Below are positions 34,033-46,704 of a stretch of DNA of 64,000 nt, piece by piece. Source of the DNA: the human T2T-CHM13v2.0 reference genome, Homo sapiens; assembly GCF_009914755.1 (NCBI RefSeq), contig NC_060926.1, one strand, 5' to 3'. A program made the position numbers and the translations under genes. The notes under the pieces are model-generated. The model was given only the letters and a program-made list of their open reading frames with translations. It had not been told where the DNA came from and did not search any database. The first letter of the stretch is position 1. Each line of letters opens with the position of its first letter.

Positions 34033-35635
34033 ATGGGCAGCTTCTGCCCTCCATTACTCCTTCTTCCCCCTTAGCCTGTGTTCTTAAAAACTTGAAACCT
34101 CCTCAACTCTCACCTGATCTAAAACCTAAGTGTCTTATTTTCTTCTGCAACACCACTCGGCCCCAGTACAAACTTGATAATGGCTCTAAATGGCCAGAGA
34201 ATGGCACTTTTGATTTCTCCATCCTACAAGACCTAAATAATTTTTGTCATAAGATGGGCAAATAGTCTGTGGTGCCTTACGTCTAGGCATTTTTTACACT
34301 TCGCTCCCTCCCTAGGCTCTGCTCCCAAAGTGACTCATCCCAAATCTTCCTCCTTTCCCTCCTGTCTGTCCCTTCAGTCCCAACCCCTTAGAGTGCTGCT
34401 AACTCTTCTGAATCCCACTTTTCTGCAGACCCCTCTGACCTCTCTCTCCCACCCCAGGCCACGCCTCGGCAGGCTGAATCAAGTCCCAATTCTTCCTCAG
34501 CCTCTGCTCTCCCACCCTATAACCCTTCTGTCACCTTCCCTCCCCACACCTGGTCCAGCTTACAATTTCGTTCTGCAGCAAATACTCCCCCACCTGCCCA
34601 AAAATTTCCTCTCCGAGAGGTGGCTGGAGCTGAGCGCATCGTCAGAGTGCATGTACCATTTTCTCTATCAGACCTTTCCCAAATTAATCAGTGCTTAGGC
34701 CCCTTCTCATCAGACCCCACTAAATATATACAGGAATTCCAGTATTTAACCCAGTCCTACAATTTAACCTCGAGTGATCTAAATGTCATCCTAACTTCTA
34801 CCCTTTCCCCAGATAAGCGGAATAGAGTTTATACCCTAGCCCAATCTCACACTGACACATGCTGGCATCATGAGCCAGACTTTCAAGAAGGTATCAGGGC
34901 AGTTCCTCGAAAAGATCCCAGATGGGAATACCAGACAGGTTCGCCAGGTATAGCTAAGCGAGATTATATGTTTTCCTGCCTAGTTGAAGGGCTTAAAAAG
35001 GCAGCTTACAAAGCTGTTAATTATGACAGACTTAAAGAAACTACCCAAGGTAAAGATGAAAACCCAGCCCAGTTCATGGCTCATTTGGCAGCAACCCTGA
35101 GACGCTTTACAGCCCCAGACCTGAAAGGGCAGAAGGCCGTCTCATTCTCAATATGCATTTTATCATCCAGTCAGCTCTTGACATTAGAAAAAAGCTTCGG
35201 ACATTGGAATCTGGCCCTCAAACCCCACAACAGGAATTAATCAACCTCGCCTTCAAGGCGTACAATAATAGAGAGAAGGCAGCCAAGCGGCAATGCATTT
35301 CTGAGTTACAATTACTTGCCTCTGCTGTGAGACAAAACCCAGCTGCACCTCCAGCACACAAGAACTTCAAAACGCCTAAACCGCAGTGGTCAGGCATTCC
35401 TACAGGACCTCCTCCCTCAGGATCTTGCTTCAAGTGTCAGAAATATGGCCACTGGACCAAGGAATGCCCACAGCCTGGGATTCCTCCCAAGCCATGTCCC
35501 ATCTGTGCAGGGACCCACTGGAAATCAGACTGCCCAGCTCGCCTGGCAGCCACTCCTATAGCCCCTAAAACTCTGGCCCAAGGCTCTCTGAATGACTCCT
35601 TCCCAGATCTGCTCGGCTTAGCGGCTCAAGGCTGA
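34033..35635 (+). pseudogene. gag: HERV-H gag (frameshifted, with stops)
   Basis: MA-like PKCLIFFCNT..PQYKLDNGSKWPENGTFD. CA: VHVPFSLSDLSQI and MHR-like TTQGKDENPAQF. Two CCHC knuckles CFKCQKYGHWTKEC and CPICAGTHWKSDC. TGA at 35633-35635 is in frame with pro (readthrough arrangement). Confidence 0.92.
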
Positions 35636-36055
35636 TGCTGCCCAATCGCTTTAGAAGCCCCCTGGACCATCATGGATGCCGAGCTTCCAGTAACTCTCAC
35701 AGTGGAGGGTAAGTCCATCACCTGTTTAATCCATATGGGAGCTACCCACTCCACATTACCTTCTTTTCAAGGGCCTGTTTCCCTTGCCCCCATAACTGTT
35801 ATGGGTATTGATAGCCAGGCTGCTAGACCCCTTAAAACTCCCCAACTTTGGTGCCAATTTGAACAACATTCTTTTATGCACTCCTTTTTAGTTATCCCCA
35901 CCTGCCCAGTTACCTTACTAGGCTGAGACATTTTAACCAAATTATCTGCTTCCCTGACTATTCCTGGACTACAGCCACATCTCATTGCCGCCATTCTTCC
36001 TAACCCAAAGCCTCCTTCACGTCTTCCTCTTGTATCCCCCCACCTTAACCACAGG
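35636..36055 (+). pseudogene. pro: HERV-H protease, catalytic motif mutated
   Basis: VTLTVEGKSITCLIHMGATHS: DTGA has become HMGA (35732-35743). The LLGRD motif has become LLG*D. Confidence 0.88.
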
Positions 36056-39000
36056 TATGGGACACCTCTACTCCCTCCCTGGCAACTAATCACATGCCCA
36101 TTACTATTTCATTAAACCTAATCACCCTTACCCCGCTCAATGCCCGTATCCCATCCCACAAAAGGATTTAAGGGGATTAAAGCCTGTTATCACTCGCCTG
36201 CTACAGCATGGGCTTCTAAAGCCTACAAACTCTCCTTACAATTCCCCCATGTTTACTTGTCCAAAAACTGGACAAGTCTTACAGGTTGGTCCAGGATCTG
36301 CACCTTATCAATCTAATTGTTTTGCCTATCCACCCTGTGGTGCCCAAGCCCGTACACTCTTTTGTCCTCAATATCTCCCTCCACAACTCACTATTCCATT
36401 CTTGATCTTAAAGATGCTTTTTTCACTATTCCCCTGCACCCCTTGTCCATGCCTCTCTTTGCTTTTACCTGGACTGACCCTGACACTCATCAGTCCCAGC
36501 AACTTACCTGGGCTGTACTGCCGCAAGGCTTCCAGGACAGCCCTCATTACTTCAGCCAAGCTCTTTCTCATGATTTGCTTTCTTTCCACCCTCTGCTTCC
36601 CACCTTATTCAATATATTGATGACCTTCTAAGACTCCTTTGAGTCTTCTCAACAAGATACCCTCCTGCTCCTTCGACATTTATTCTCCAAAGGATATCGG
36701 GTATCCCCCTCCAAAGCTCAAATTTCTTCCCCATTTGTTACCTACCTCGGCATAATTCTTCATGAAAACACACGTGCTCTCCCTGCCGATCGTGTCCAGC
36801 TGATCTCTCAAACCCCAACCCCTTCTACAAAACAACAACTCCTTTCCTTCCTGGGCATGGTTGGATACTTTTGCCTTTGGATACCTGGTTTTGCTGTCCT
36901 AACAAAACCATTATATAAACTCACAAAGGGAAACCTAGCTGACCTCATAGATCCTAAATCCTTTCCCCACTCCTCTTTCTGTTCCTCGAAGACAGCTCTA
37001 GAGACTGCACCCACACTAGCTCTCCCTAACTCATCCCAACCCTTTTTCATTACACATAGCTGAAGTGCAGGGCTGTGCAGTCGAAATTCTTACAGGAGAG
37101 CTGGGGCCACACCCAGTAGCCTTTCTGTCCAAACAACTTGACCTTACTGTTCTGGGCGAGCCCTTATGTCTCTGTGCAGCAGCTGTCACCACTTTAATAC
37201 TTTTAGAGGCCCTCAAAATCACAAGCTATGCTCCACTTACTCTCTACAGTTCCCGTAACTTTCAAAATCTACTTTCCTCCTCACACTTGACACATATACT
37301 TTCTGCCTCCTGGCTCCTTCAGCTGTACTCACTCTTTGTCGAGTCTCCCACAGTTACCACTGTTCCTGGCCCAGACTTCAATCTGGCCTCCCACATTATT
37401 CCTGATACCACACCTGACCCCCATGACTGTATCTCTCTGATCCCCCTGACATTCACTCCATTTCCCCATATTTCCTTCTTTGCTGTTCCCCACCCTGATC
37501 ACACTTGTTTTATTGATGGCAGTTCCACCAGGCCCAATCGCCAATCACTAGCAAAGGCAGGCTACGCTATAGTGTCTTCCACATCTATCATTGAAGCTAT
37601 GGCACTGCCTCCCACTTCCGATACCTCTCAACAAGCTGAACTCATTGCCTTAACTCGAGCCCTCACTCTTGCAAATGGACTACACGTCAATATTTATACT
37701 GACTCTAAATATGCCTTCCATATCCTGCATCACCATACTGTTGTATTGGCAGAAAGAGGTTTCCTCACTGCACAGGGGTCCTCCATCATTAATGCCTCTT
37801 TAATAAAAATGCTTCTTAAAGCTGCTTTACTTCCTAAAAGAGCTGGAGCCATTCACTGTAAAGGCCATCAAAGGGCCTCAGACCCCATTGCTCAAGGCAA
37901 CAATTATGCTGATAAGACAGCTAAAGAAGCAGCCAGTATTCCTACTTCTGTCCCTCATGGATAGTTTTTCCCCTTCTCATCGGTCACTCCCACCTACTCT
38001 CCCACTGAAACTTCCACCTATCAGTCTCTTCCCACGCAAGGCAAATGGTTCTTAGACCAAGGAAGATATCTCCTTCCAGCCTCACAGGCCCATTCTATTC
38101 TGTCGTCATTTCATAACCTCTTCCATAAAGGTTACAAGCCTCTAGCCCACCTCTTAGAACCTCAAATTTCCTTTCCATCATGGAAATCTATCCTCAAGGA
38201 AATCACTTCTCAGTGTTCCATCTGCTATTCTACTACTACTCATGGATTTCTCAGGCCCCTTCCCTTCCCTACACATCAAGCTCAAGGATTTGCTCCTGCC
38301 CAGGACTGGCAAATTGACTTTACCCACATGCCCCAAGTCAAAAAACTAAAATACCTCTTGTTCTGGGTAGACACTTTCACTGGATGGGTAGAGGCCTTTC
38401 CCCCAGGGTCTGAGAAGGCCACCGCAGTCATCTCCTCCCTTCTGTCAGATATAATTCCTCAGTTTGGCCTTCCTACCTCTATATGGTCCAATAACGGACC
38501 GGCCTTGATTAGTCAAGTCACTCAGGCAGTCTCCCGTGTCCTGGGCATTCAATGAAAGCTTCATGCTCATTATCGCCCTCAATCCTCAGGAAAGGTAGAA
38601 AGAAGTAATGGTCTTTTAAAGACATAACTCACCAAACTCAGCCTCCAATTTAAAAAGGACTGAACAGTACTTTTACCACTGGCCCTTCTCAGAATTCGGA
38701 CCTGTCCTCAGGATGCTACAGGGTACAGCCCATTTAAGCTCCTGTGTGGATGCTCCTTTTTATTAGGCCCCAGTCTTATTCCAGACACCACCTCTCTAGG
38801 TTATTATCTTCCAGTCCTCCAGCAAGCTAGAAAGGAAATTTGCCAAGCTGCTAATCTTTTGCCTACCCCGTGTTCCCAGCCATATGAAGACCTCTAGCAG
38901 TTCTTGTTAAGAATCTGACCCCTCAGACTCTACAACCTCGGTGGACTGGACCCCACTCAGTCATCTATAGTACCCCAACGGCTGTTCCTCTGCAGGACCA

Positions 39001-39135
39001 ACCCCCAATTGGGTTCACCATTCCAGAGCATAGCTGTGCCCGTCAGCCAGCCAGCCTGATTTCTCTTCCTTCTGGAAGTCACAAGTACTCTCTCCTACTT
39101 CCCTTAAACTCACTCACATTTCTGAAGAACAGTAA
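36056..39135 (+). pseudogene. pol: HERV-H pol (RT, RNase H, integrase; disrupted)
   Basis: LDLKDAFF, LPQGF (36518-36532), YIDD (36613-36624, other frame). RNase H FIDGS/QQAEL/YTDSKY. IN WQIDFTHMP, WVDTFTGWVEAFP, PQSSGKVER. Confidence 0.93.
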
Positions 39136-39429
39136 TAACCCTTATGAGCCTAATACATCCCTTCATCCTATTAGGTCTATTCATCCTTACCCTACTTTTT
39201 GCAACAGGACTTTATGCTGTCACCCCCACTACTTGGACTGCGCCCTGAAAACTTGTCTTCCCTACTATCTTCTGTATAATCATACTCCTATTCACCATTC
39301 TCAACTACTCATAAATGCCCTGCTCTTGTTTACACTGACGGTTTACGCTGTTTCTCCAAACCATCGTAGCGGATATCTCCTGGTGCTATCCCCAAACTGC
39401 CTTGCTTGCCTCTCTCTTGGAGTAGATAC

Positions 39430-40348
39430 ATGATCTTTGCTGGCAGGGCACCCTCTAATACTTTCACCCGGATGAAGTCCTATTCTTTACTTTTATACTC
39501 ACTCTTATTCTCAATCCCATTCCTAGGCCACCCTCTACCTCTCCCCAGCTATCTCCACCACACTATCAATCTCACTTACTCTCTCCTAGCCATTTCTAAT
39601 TCCTCCTTAGCAAACAATTGCTGGCTTTGCATTTCCCTTTCTTCCTGTGCTTACACAGCTGTCCCCGCCTTAGATACAAACTGGGCAACATCTCCTGTTT
39701 CCCTACATCTCTGAACAACTTCCTGCCCCCTTCATGACATCAATCAGACAAAAAAGAGTTATTCCTCTAATCCCTCTACTTATAGGGTTAGGACTTTCTG
39801 CTTCCACTATTGCCCTTGGAGCAGGAATAGGGGTTTCAACTTCAGTCACAACCTTCCGTAGCCTTTCTAATGACTTTTCTACTAGCATTACAGATATATC
39901 ACAAACTTTATCAGTCCTTCAGGCCCAGGTCGACTCCTTAGCCATAGTTGTCCTCCAAAATCGCTGAGGCCTCGACTTACTAACTGCTGAAAAAGGAGCA
40001 CTCCGTATATTTTTAAATGAAGAGTGTTGTTTTTACATAAATCAATCTGGCCTGGTACATGACAACATAAAAAAACTCAAGGATAGAGCCCAAAAACTCA
40101 CCAACCAAGCAAATAATTACGCTGAACCCCCTTGGGCACTCTCTAATTGGATGTCCTTGGTCCCCCCAATTCTTAGTCCTTTAATACCTGTTTTTCTCCT
40201 TCTCTTATTCAGACCTTGTGTCTTCTATTTAGTTGCTCAGTTAATGCAAAACAGCTTCCAGGCCATCACCAATCGTTCTATATGAAAAATGCTCCTTCTA
40301 ACAACCCCACAATATCACCCTTTACCCCAAAATCTTTCTTCAGTTTAG
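39430..40348 (+). pseudogene. env: HERV-H env with most of SU deleted
   Basis: MIFAGRAPSNT...signal peptide...CWLC, then a jump near 39718 to RQKR furin site, fusion peptide, ISD LQNR*GLDLLTAEKG, NEECC and TM anchor. Confidence 0.92.
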
Positions 40349-40509
40349 TCTCTCCCAGTCTAGGTTCCCATGCCGCCCCTAATCCTGCGCAAAGCAGCTA
40401 TGAGAAACATCACCCATTATCTCTCCATACCACCCCCCAAAATTTTTGCCACCCCAAGACTTCGCCACTATTTTGTTTTATTTTTCTTATTGGTATAAGA
40501 AGACAGGAA

Positions 40510-40940
40510 TGTCAGGCCTCTGAGCCCAAGCCTGCATATATACATCCAGATGGTCTGAGGCAACCAAAAAGTACAAAAGAAGTGAAACAGCCAGCTCCTG
40601 TCTTAACTGATTGACCAACCTTACGACATTCTATTATGACTTCTTCCTGCCCTACCCCAACTGATCAATCGATTGACCTCGTGATATTCTTCCTCTGGAC
40701 AATGAGTCTTATGATCTCCCCACCATGCACTTTGTGACCTCCTCTTCTGCTGACAATAGATAACCATCTTTAACTGTAAGTTTCCACTGCTTACCCCAGT
40801 CCTATAAAACTGCCCCACCCCTACCTCCCTTTGCTGACTCTCTTTTCAGACTCAGCCCACTTGCACCCAAGTGACATTAACAGCCTTGTTGCTCACACAA
40901 AGCCTGTTGGTGGACTCTTTTCACACAGACACACTTGACA
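40510..40940 (+). mobile_element. 3' LTR (LTR7 family), preceded by PPT AAGAAGACAGGAA
   Basis: Collinear with the 5' LTR (offset 7455; 34 substitutions in 431 by manual count). TATAAAA at 40803-40809. The poly(A) position reads CATTAA (40875-40880). Confidence 0.93.
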
Positions 40941-41289
40941 TATCTGACCCTATGTAGTTCAATGTTTTCTGCTATCTAATTCTGCTCTACTTAGATTCCT
41001 CATGAACGGGTATCCTTGCCCTCCCTATTTTGTCTTGGTCAAGCTCTTTGCTGAAGATGTTAAGTGTTCCTGTCTACTATGTAAGTTATTATTAGCCCTG
41101 AAATTCCAGGGACTTCATGAACCTCTCTTTAAACACATCTTCGAACATTTCACTGAACTCTAATTTTAGTTACAGTAAATAAGTTGCCATCATTTCCATC
41201 ATATTTTAAAATATTTGTTGTTTCATTTATAGTTGTTGAGCCCTAACTACTAAGATTTTTGAAGGTTTAAATGCAAGAACCTTTTTTGG

Positions 41290-42900
41290 AAACTTCACTC
41301 TTAGTGATCAGATTTATCCTTCCATCTTAAACAACTGAAAACACTGAAAAATATTAAAAACAACAAGTATCCCCCATTGGACAATAAACAACACAGGATT
41401 GCGATCTCTAAGAAAAGAAAAACAAATAAGGTTTGTCCTAAGATTGCCCCACCTTACAGCCTAGAGAAAATTTGTAAGCTGCAACAGCAACATGGAGTGG
41501 AGAAAGTCATATAGAGCCTGGTAGTCTTTCTGAGTAAAGGGAACAGAGTGAAGAATCTGGGGAGGCAAGGCAGCTAGAATCAATAAGCTGGAGTATCAGA
41601 CAGAAATGAGCTGCATAGGAAAGTTTGGAGATCTTCAGAGAGTTAACTTTGAGTCTTCAGCTGAACACTGCCCATATTTGTTAAAAAACTACTCAAGGCC
41701 AGAGAAAAAACCACCACATAGGAACAGACAGAACAAAACCAGGAAAAGTAATTCAAACTGTGTTATAGGTCCAAATGTAAGGGTTAAAACAATAAAATTA
41801 TACAACTACTAAAAGAAAAATTTAGTAGAGGATCTAAGTGATATTGGGTTAAGTAAAAATTTCTTCAATAAAATAGAAATTACAAACTATAAGAAAAAAG
41901 ATCAAGTTGTACTTCAAATTTATAAACTTTACACTTCAAAACACACTACTACAAAATAAAAAGGCAAGACACAATCTGAAAGTAGAGTTGGAAAACATAT
42001 ATTTGATGAAACAATTCTATCCAAAATACATAAAGAATTCTTCAACTCAAGAATAAGAAGAAAAACAAGCAACTTTATTTAAAATGGCAAAAAGATTTGA
42101 AGACACTCTACTAAAGGAGATATGAATGGGAAATTAGCACATGAAGAAGTTCTCACAAATTTGTGATTAAGGAGATGCTAATTAAAACCACAACGAAATA
42201 CTATTACACACGAACTAAAATGACTAAAATTGAGAAGACCGACTATACCAACTCCAACTCTAATACAATGCAGTAGGAATATAACATGCAAAAACAACTT
42301 TGGAAAATCATCTGGCAGTTTCTTAAAGCTAGAAATATAACTAAATATGCCCCAGCCATTTCACTTCTAGGTATTTGCCAAACAGAAAAAAACCAAAAAC
42401 CTATTTCTTCCCCTATGAAAAAATCCTGAAGGTTCACAGCAGCTAAATTTATAAATTTCAAAAAATTAAAACAACTCAAAAGTTCAACTAGTGAATAAAC
42501 AAATACATCCATATAATGGAATACTACTAACAATAAAAAATAAATGACTGATACATGTTACAATGCATGCAATATATGCTATGTAACATACGTTACAATG
42601 CATACAATATATTAAACTGACACCAAAGTCTATCTACTGTATGAGAGTATTTATATGTCATACTAGAAAAGCCAAAACTGCAAGAAATGAAATCAAATCA
42701 GTAGTTTTCAGGGACTGGGGTTGGGAAAAGGGTTAACAGCGAAGGGGAATGAAGAAATTTCCTGAAGTAACAGAAATACTATTTTTCTCGATTGTGATAG
42801 AAATTACATGACTACAACTTTGTCAAGACTCATCAAATTGTATACTTTAAAAGGGTGAGTTTTACTGAATTTAAGGTGTTTTTCAATAAAACTAATTTCT
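41290..42900 (+). mobile_element. Old L1M fragments (5' UTR-like ~41290-41750; L1ME-type ORF2 end/3' UTR ~41760-42900)
   Basis: TCCAAATGTAAGGGTTAAAACAATAAAA, AATTAAAACCACAACGAAATAC, TTGTCAAGACTCATCAAATTGTATACTTTAAAAGGGTGAGTTTTACTG. Confidence 0.7.
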
Positions 42901-42929
42901 AAAAGACTGTTTTAGCTTACATATCTCCT

Positions 42930-45390
42930 ACAGCAGGTTCTAAACAAAAATGCTTACGTCATATACTTTTGGGAACAAAATCCTAAGGAGTATATGTGAG
43001 TTACAGAAAGAGTAAAACAGGGAAGAAAAAGAAAATCTACTGACAAGATGAATTATTATTTTACTTTAAAATATAACTCTATACTCCTTTCTGTTTTTAA
43101 AAAAAAATCTTTATTGACTTATGATATCATAAGATGTACCTTTTATAAGTATACAAATAAATAACTCTTAGTAATTTTACAATTGTAAAACTATTAACAC
43201 AATCCAGTTTTAGGACATTTCCATCTTCCCTAAAATACCTTCATGCATGTGTTCTGACGCCAATTTGTGATTGCAGTCCTAGCCCCAGGCAACCCCGACC
43301 TGTTTTATACATCTATGGAATTGCCTTTTTAGGAAATTTCATATAAATGGAATCAAAATGTCCTGTATAACTACAATACAGTATCAAAACCAGGAAATGT
43401 ACAGTACAACCCACAGATACATTTAAATTTCACCGGTTTTGCATGCACTCATTCGTGTGTATCTGTGTGTGTATGTAGTTACTTTATCTTCATTTTTGAA
43501 GGAGAAATTTATAGACTATAACATTCTTGCCTGACAGTTTTATTTCTTTCTTTCAGCATATTTAACACATCATTTGACTCCCTCTGGATTCCATTTTTTT
43601 ATGAAAAGCAACCTATTAATAACGCTGTTGTTACCCTAAACATAATGATTCCTTTTTCTCTTGCTGACTTCAAGATTTTTCTTTTTCTTTGAATTTCAAC
43701 CATTTGTTCAAAAACTTCTGAAGAATCTTGTGAACTGTGTCTCAAGATTACCTACTGGGGAATGGAAGACAGAAGTATTTGTCCTTTAACCTTTGGCTGT
43801 CATTGATCCAAGGTGATTCCATTGGACATTTCTTTCCCAATACTTTTGGGTGCACATGCATAAGGGCTGGCATGTTCAAAAGAGCAGGAAGTGAGAAGTA
43901 TGTTTTAAAATCCCAAAGAAGGTATTGATGCACCTGTATCAAGCCAATCAAAACTTTATAACTTGTCACCACAACAATGGCTGGAGTAAGAGGTAAAATC
44001 TGAAAGACTTGAAAAGCTGCACAAGAGTCTTCTGATATAAAGACATAATGAAAACTTAAACAGAATAATATACCATATTCATGGATAGGAATATCACAAA
44101 TATGTTATTTTTTTCCAAATGAATTCATAGATTTGAATAAAATACCATAACACTTCTATAGTATGCTTTGCTGAATTGACAAGCTGACTTTTTTTATTTA
44201 TAAGAAGGAAAAAATATCACCACAAAGAAAAGGAATTCTCCTGAAGAAAAACAGCAAACTGGAGAGACTATAGGCATAAAGAATAAGTAAAAGTCTTTGG
44301 GGAATTCATATATGGATAAATTCAATACTTGAACAAAATTAATGGCCCAAAAAGTAGACTCATACATGTAGAGGTTATAATATAATTTGTTTACAACATA
44401 ATTGGCATTTCAGGCCCATTAATATAACATAACGTTTATGTTAGTGTATAATAAACACAGTACAGTCACCTGTACATAAATGGTGTGGGGACAATAGATT
44501 TTCCATATGAAAGCAATGAAATGAGATCTTATACCCTAAATAATTAAATTATAATTGGATTAGAGACTCAAATATTAAAGGAAAAATTAAAAATCATGTC
44601 ATTATAAGAAAATATATGGTTGACAGTGACAAAAGAAAGAATTATGTAAACTGAATTTAAAAACAACAGCAACGACATAGACCATCAAGAAAAATATACG
44701 TATGTATGCAATTACATTAAAATTAAGGAGTTCTGTTTATTAAAAGGCTTCATAAAAAAGTGGAAAGTCAAGCCACAGACCCGAAGGGAAACCTTAGAAA
44801 ACAGATGAATTACCAAAAGACTACTATACAGAATTCGTAACTCCCATGGATCAATAAGAAAAAGGCAAACAAACCAATAGAAACATTGTCAAAAAACATG
44901 AAGGAAACAAAAATGGTCCATTATATTGACTTAAAAATCTACTAACAAATTTTGATTCAGAGTTTGAAAAACACTAGTCTAGACCAGATAACTCACAGAT
45001 TTGAAGAATTAGTGTCAACAGAAACATGCTGTTTCTTTATACTGTGTATTGTTTATTTGCAATGCCAGAATATAGATAGCATTTCCAAAATATTTTTTTA
45101 GTTTCAAAAATCACAAAATTGATAGATGTATTTAAGAAATTCAAACAATAAAAATATATGTAATAAAATGTTCACCCCTTGCTTTATTCTTTTTTGCCTT
45201 CACCCCCTCCCCAGAAGTAACTTTGGTATATTTATTGAGGTGTGTTTCTTAAATACTTTTCTACTCACTTACAAACACATATGTAGTGTGTTTTAAAAAA
45301 TAATTATAATATCATGATTGCTATTCTGCAACCTTCTTTACTCACTTACTGACACATTACCAACCTCTTTTAACAGTAGTATATTTACTG
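42930..45390. mobile_element. Mosaic of an ERVL-type LTR (~42930-43060 and ~43715-44030) and L1M fragments on both strands
   Basis: LTR-like GAGTAAAACAGGGAAG. Antisense L1 ATTTCATATAAATGGAATCA (~43337). Sense L1 GAATTGACAAGCTGA (~44174). Family assignments uncertain. Confidence 0.45.
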
Positions 45391-46704
45391 ATGTCATCAA
45401 ACCTGAGGTGTTTTGATGGTATTGCATTCATATTTTACTGGAAAGGGTCAGCACAAGATTTACCCAATTGCATCATTTTTTAAAGTGAGTCTTTATCTTA
45501 TTTGTATTTGCATATTCAAATCTTTATGCAAATCTATTAGATATCTGTCTCAGCAATAATTTGAGGCATATGTTCCAGCGAATTCTGCAATACCCTAGAA
45601 AGCAGGTTTTCCAAAGCTGGAAAATTTTCAGATGGTATTGTTAGAGAAAGACAGCATTTTCTAGAGGTGTATTTGATTATTTGATTTTCTTTTTCTTAAA
45701 CAACAACTATTCAAATTAAATTCACAGATACATAATTTGTCATGCAGATGATAAAAACTATATGGCCTAGAGCTTGGATATGTGAATCAGGAGCTAAACC
45801 AATATGTGAAAACACATTAGAGAGGCTATTTGATGGACTTCTGAACTGCGGAATTCAACAACTGTGCTGAACTATTAGCTTGAAACATGCACTTATTCAA
45901 TTTTGCCTTGAAATGAATAAAGAGCCATCTCCTTATATATGTACAATAAGAGACTGAAGCTACTTGTACTTATTTCTAAAACTTAATTTCACTTGAGAAG
46001 GAAAATAAAGAATGAATCAACTCTTTCAACAAGAACACATCTGCTTTTGTGGTACTTATTAAATGTATAACCTACCTTTTCTATAAATTTGAATATTTCA
46101 CTTTTTGCAACTTCCTGAAAAATAGCAATCTGATCTATCTATGCTGACTTTAATGTTGCCTCTTGACACTTGATACTTTGTCAAAATTCAGCTAATATGT
46201 ATAATAAAAATACTTTTAGACCTGGATAGCGATAAAGGGTTACAAAACTGCCTAGCATAACAGTTGAAACCACCTCTCCCATCCTTTCATTTGGCAGATG
46301 TGGATGATGACAGCTGAGTGCAGATATGCCTCAAATTCTTCTCAAGGCAGCACTTCAGGAGGCCCCAACTGATCCATCAGAGTTAGCCTGTGAGATAAGA
46401 TTTACTGGCCATCCCCGAAGCTGCTAAAACTCTGCTATCAAGTGACCTGTGACCTTGGGAAAATATATTTTTTGTACTTTTATTTTTCTTCAAAGAGCAA
46501 TGTAGCTAATTATAGCTACCTCCCAGGATTGCTGTGAAGAACACATGAAATAAATTGCAAGAAACAGCCCAATTTGTTATACCATAGTTGGAAAAGGCTT
46601 GTGGAATGAATCCATTGAAACATGCCTAAATGGTACTTGAATTTAAAAACAAAAAACTTTTAAATTTTAACTTAAAACTTGATAATATTATAATTTTAGG
46701 ATTT

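Larger units (their letters stand above)
33055..40940 (+). mobile_element. HERV-H provirus, two LTRs, 7886 bp
   Basis: Two 431-bp TG...CA LTRs, 5-bp TSD TATCT (33050-33054, 40941-40945), tRNA-His PBS, PPT, and gag/pro/pol/env remnants. Confidence 0.97.

Noticed and set aside
35633-35635. In-frame TGA between gag and pro as novel recoding
   Set aside because: A gag-pol stop readthrough arrangement is expected for gamma-like ERVs including HERV-H.
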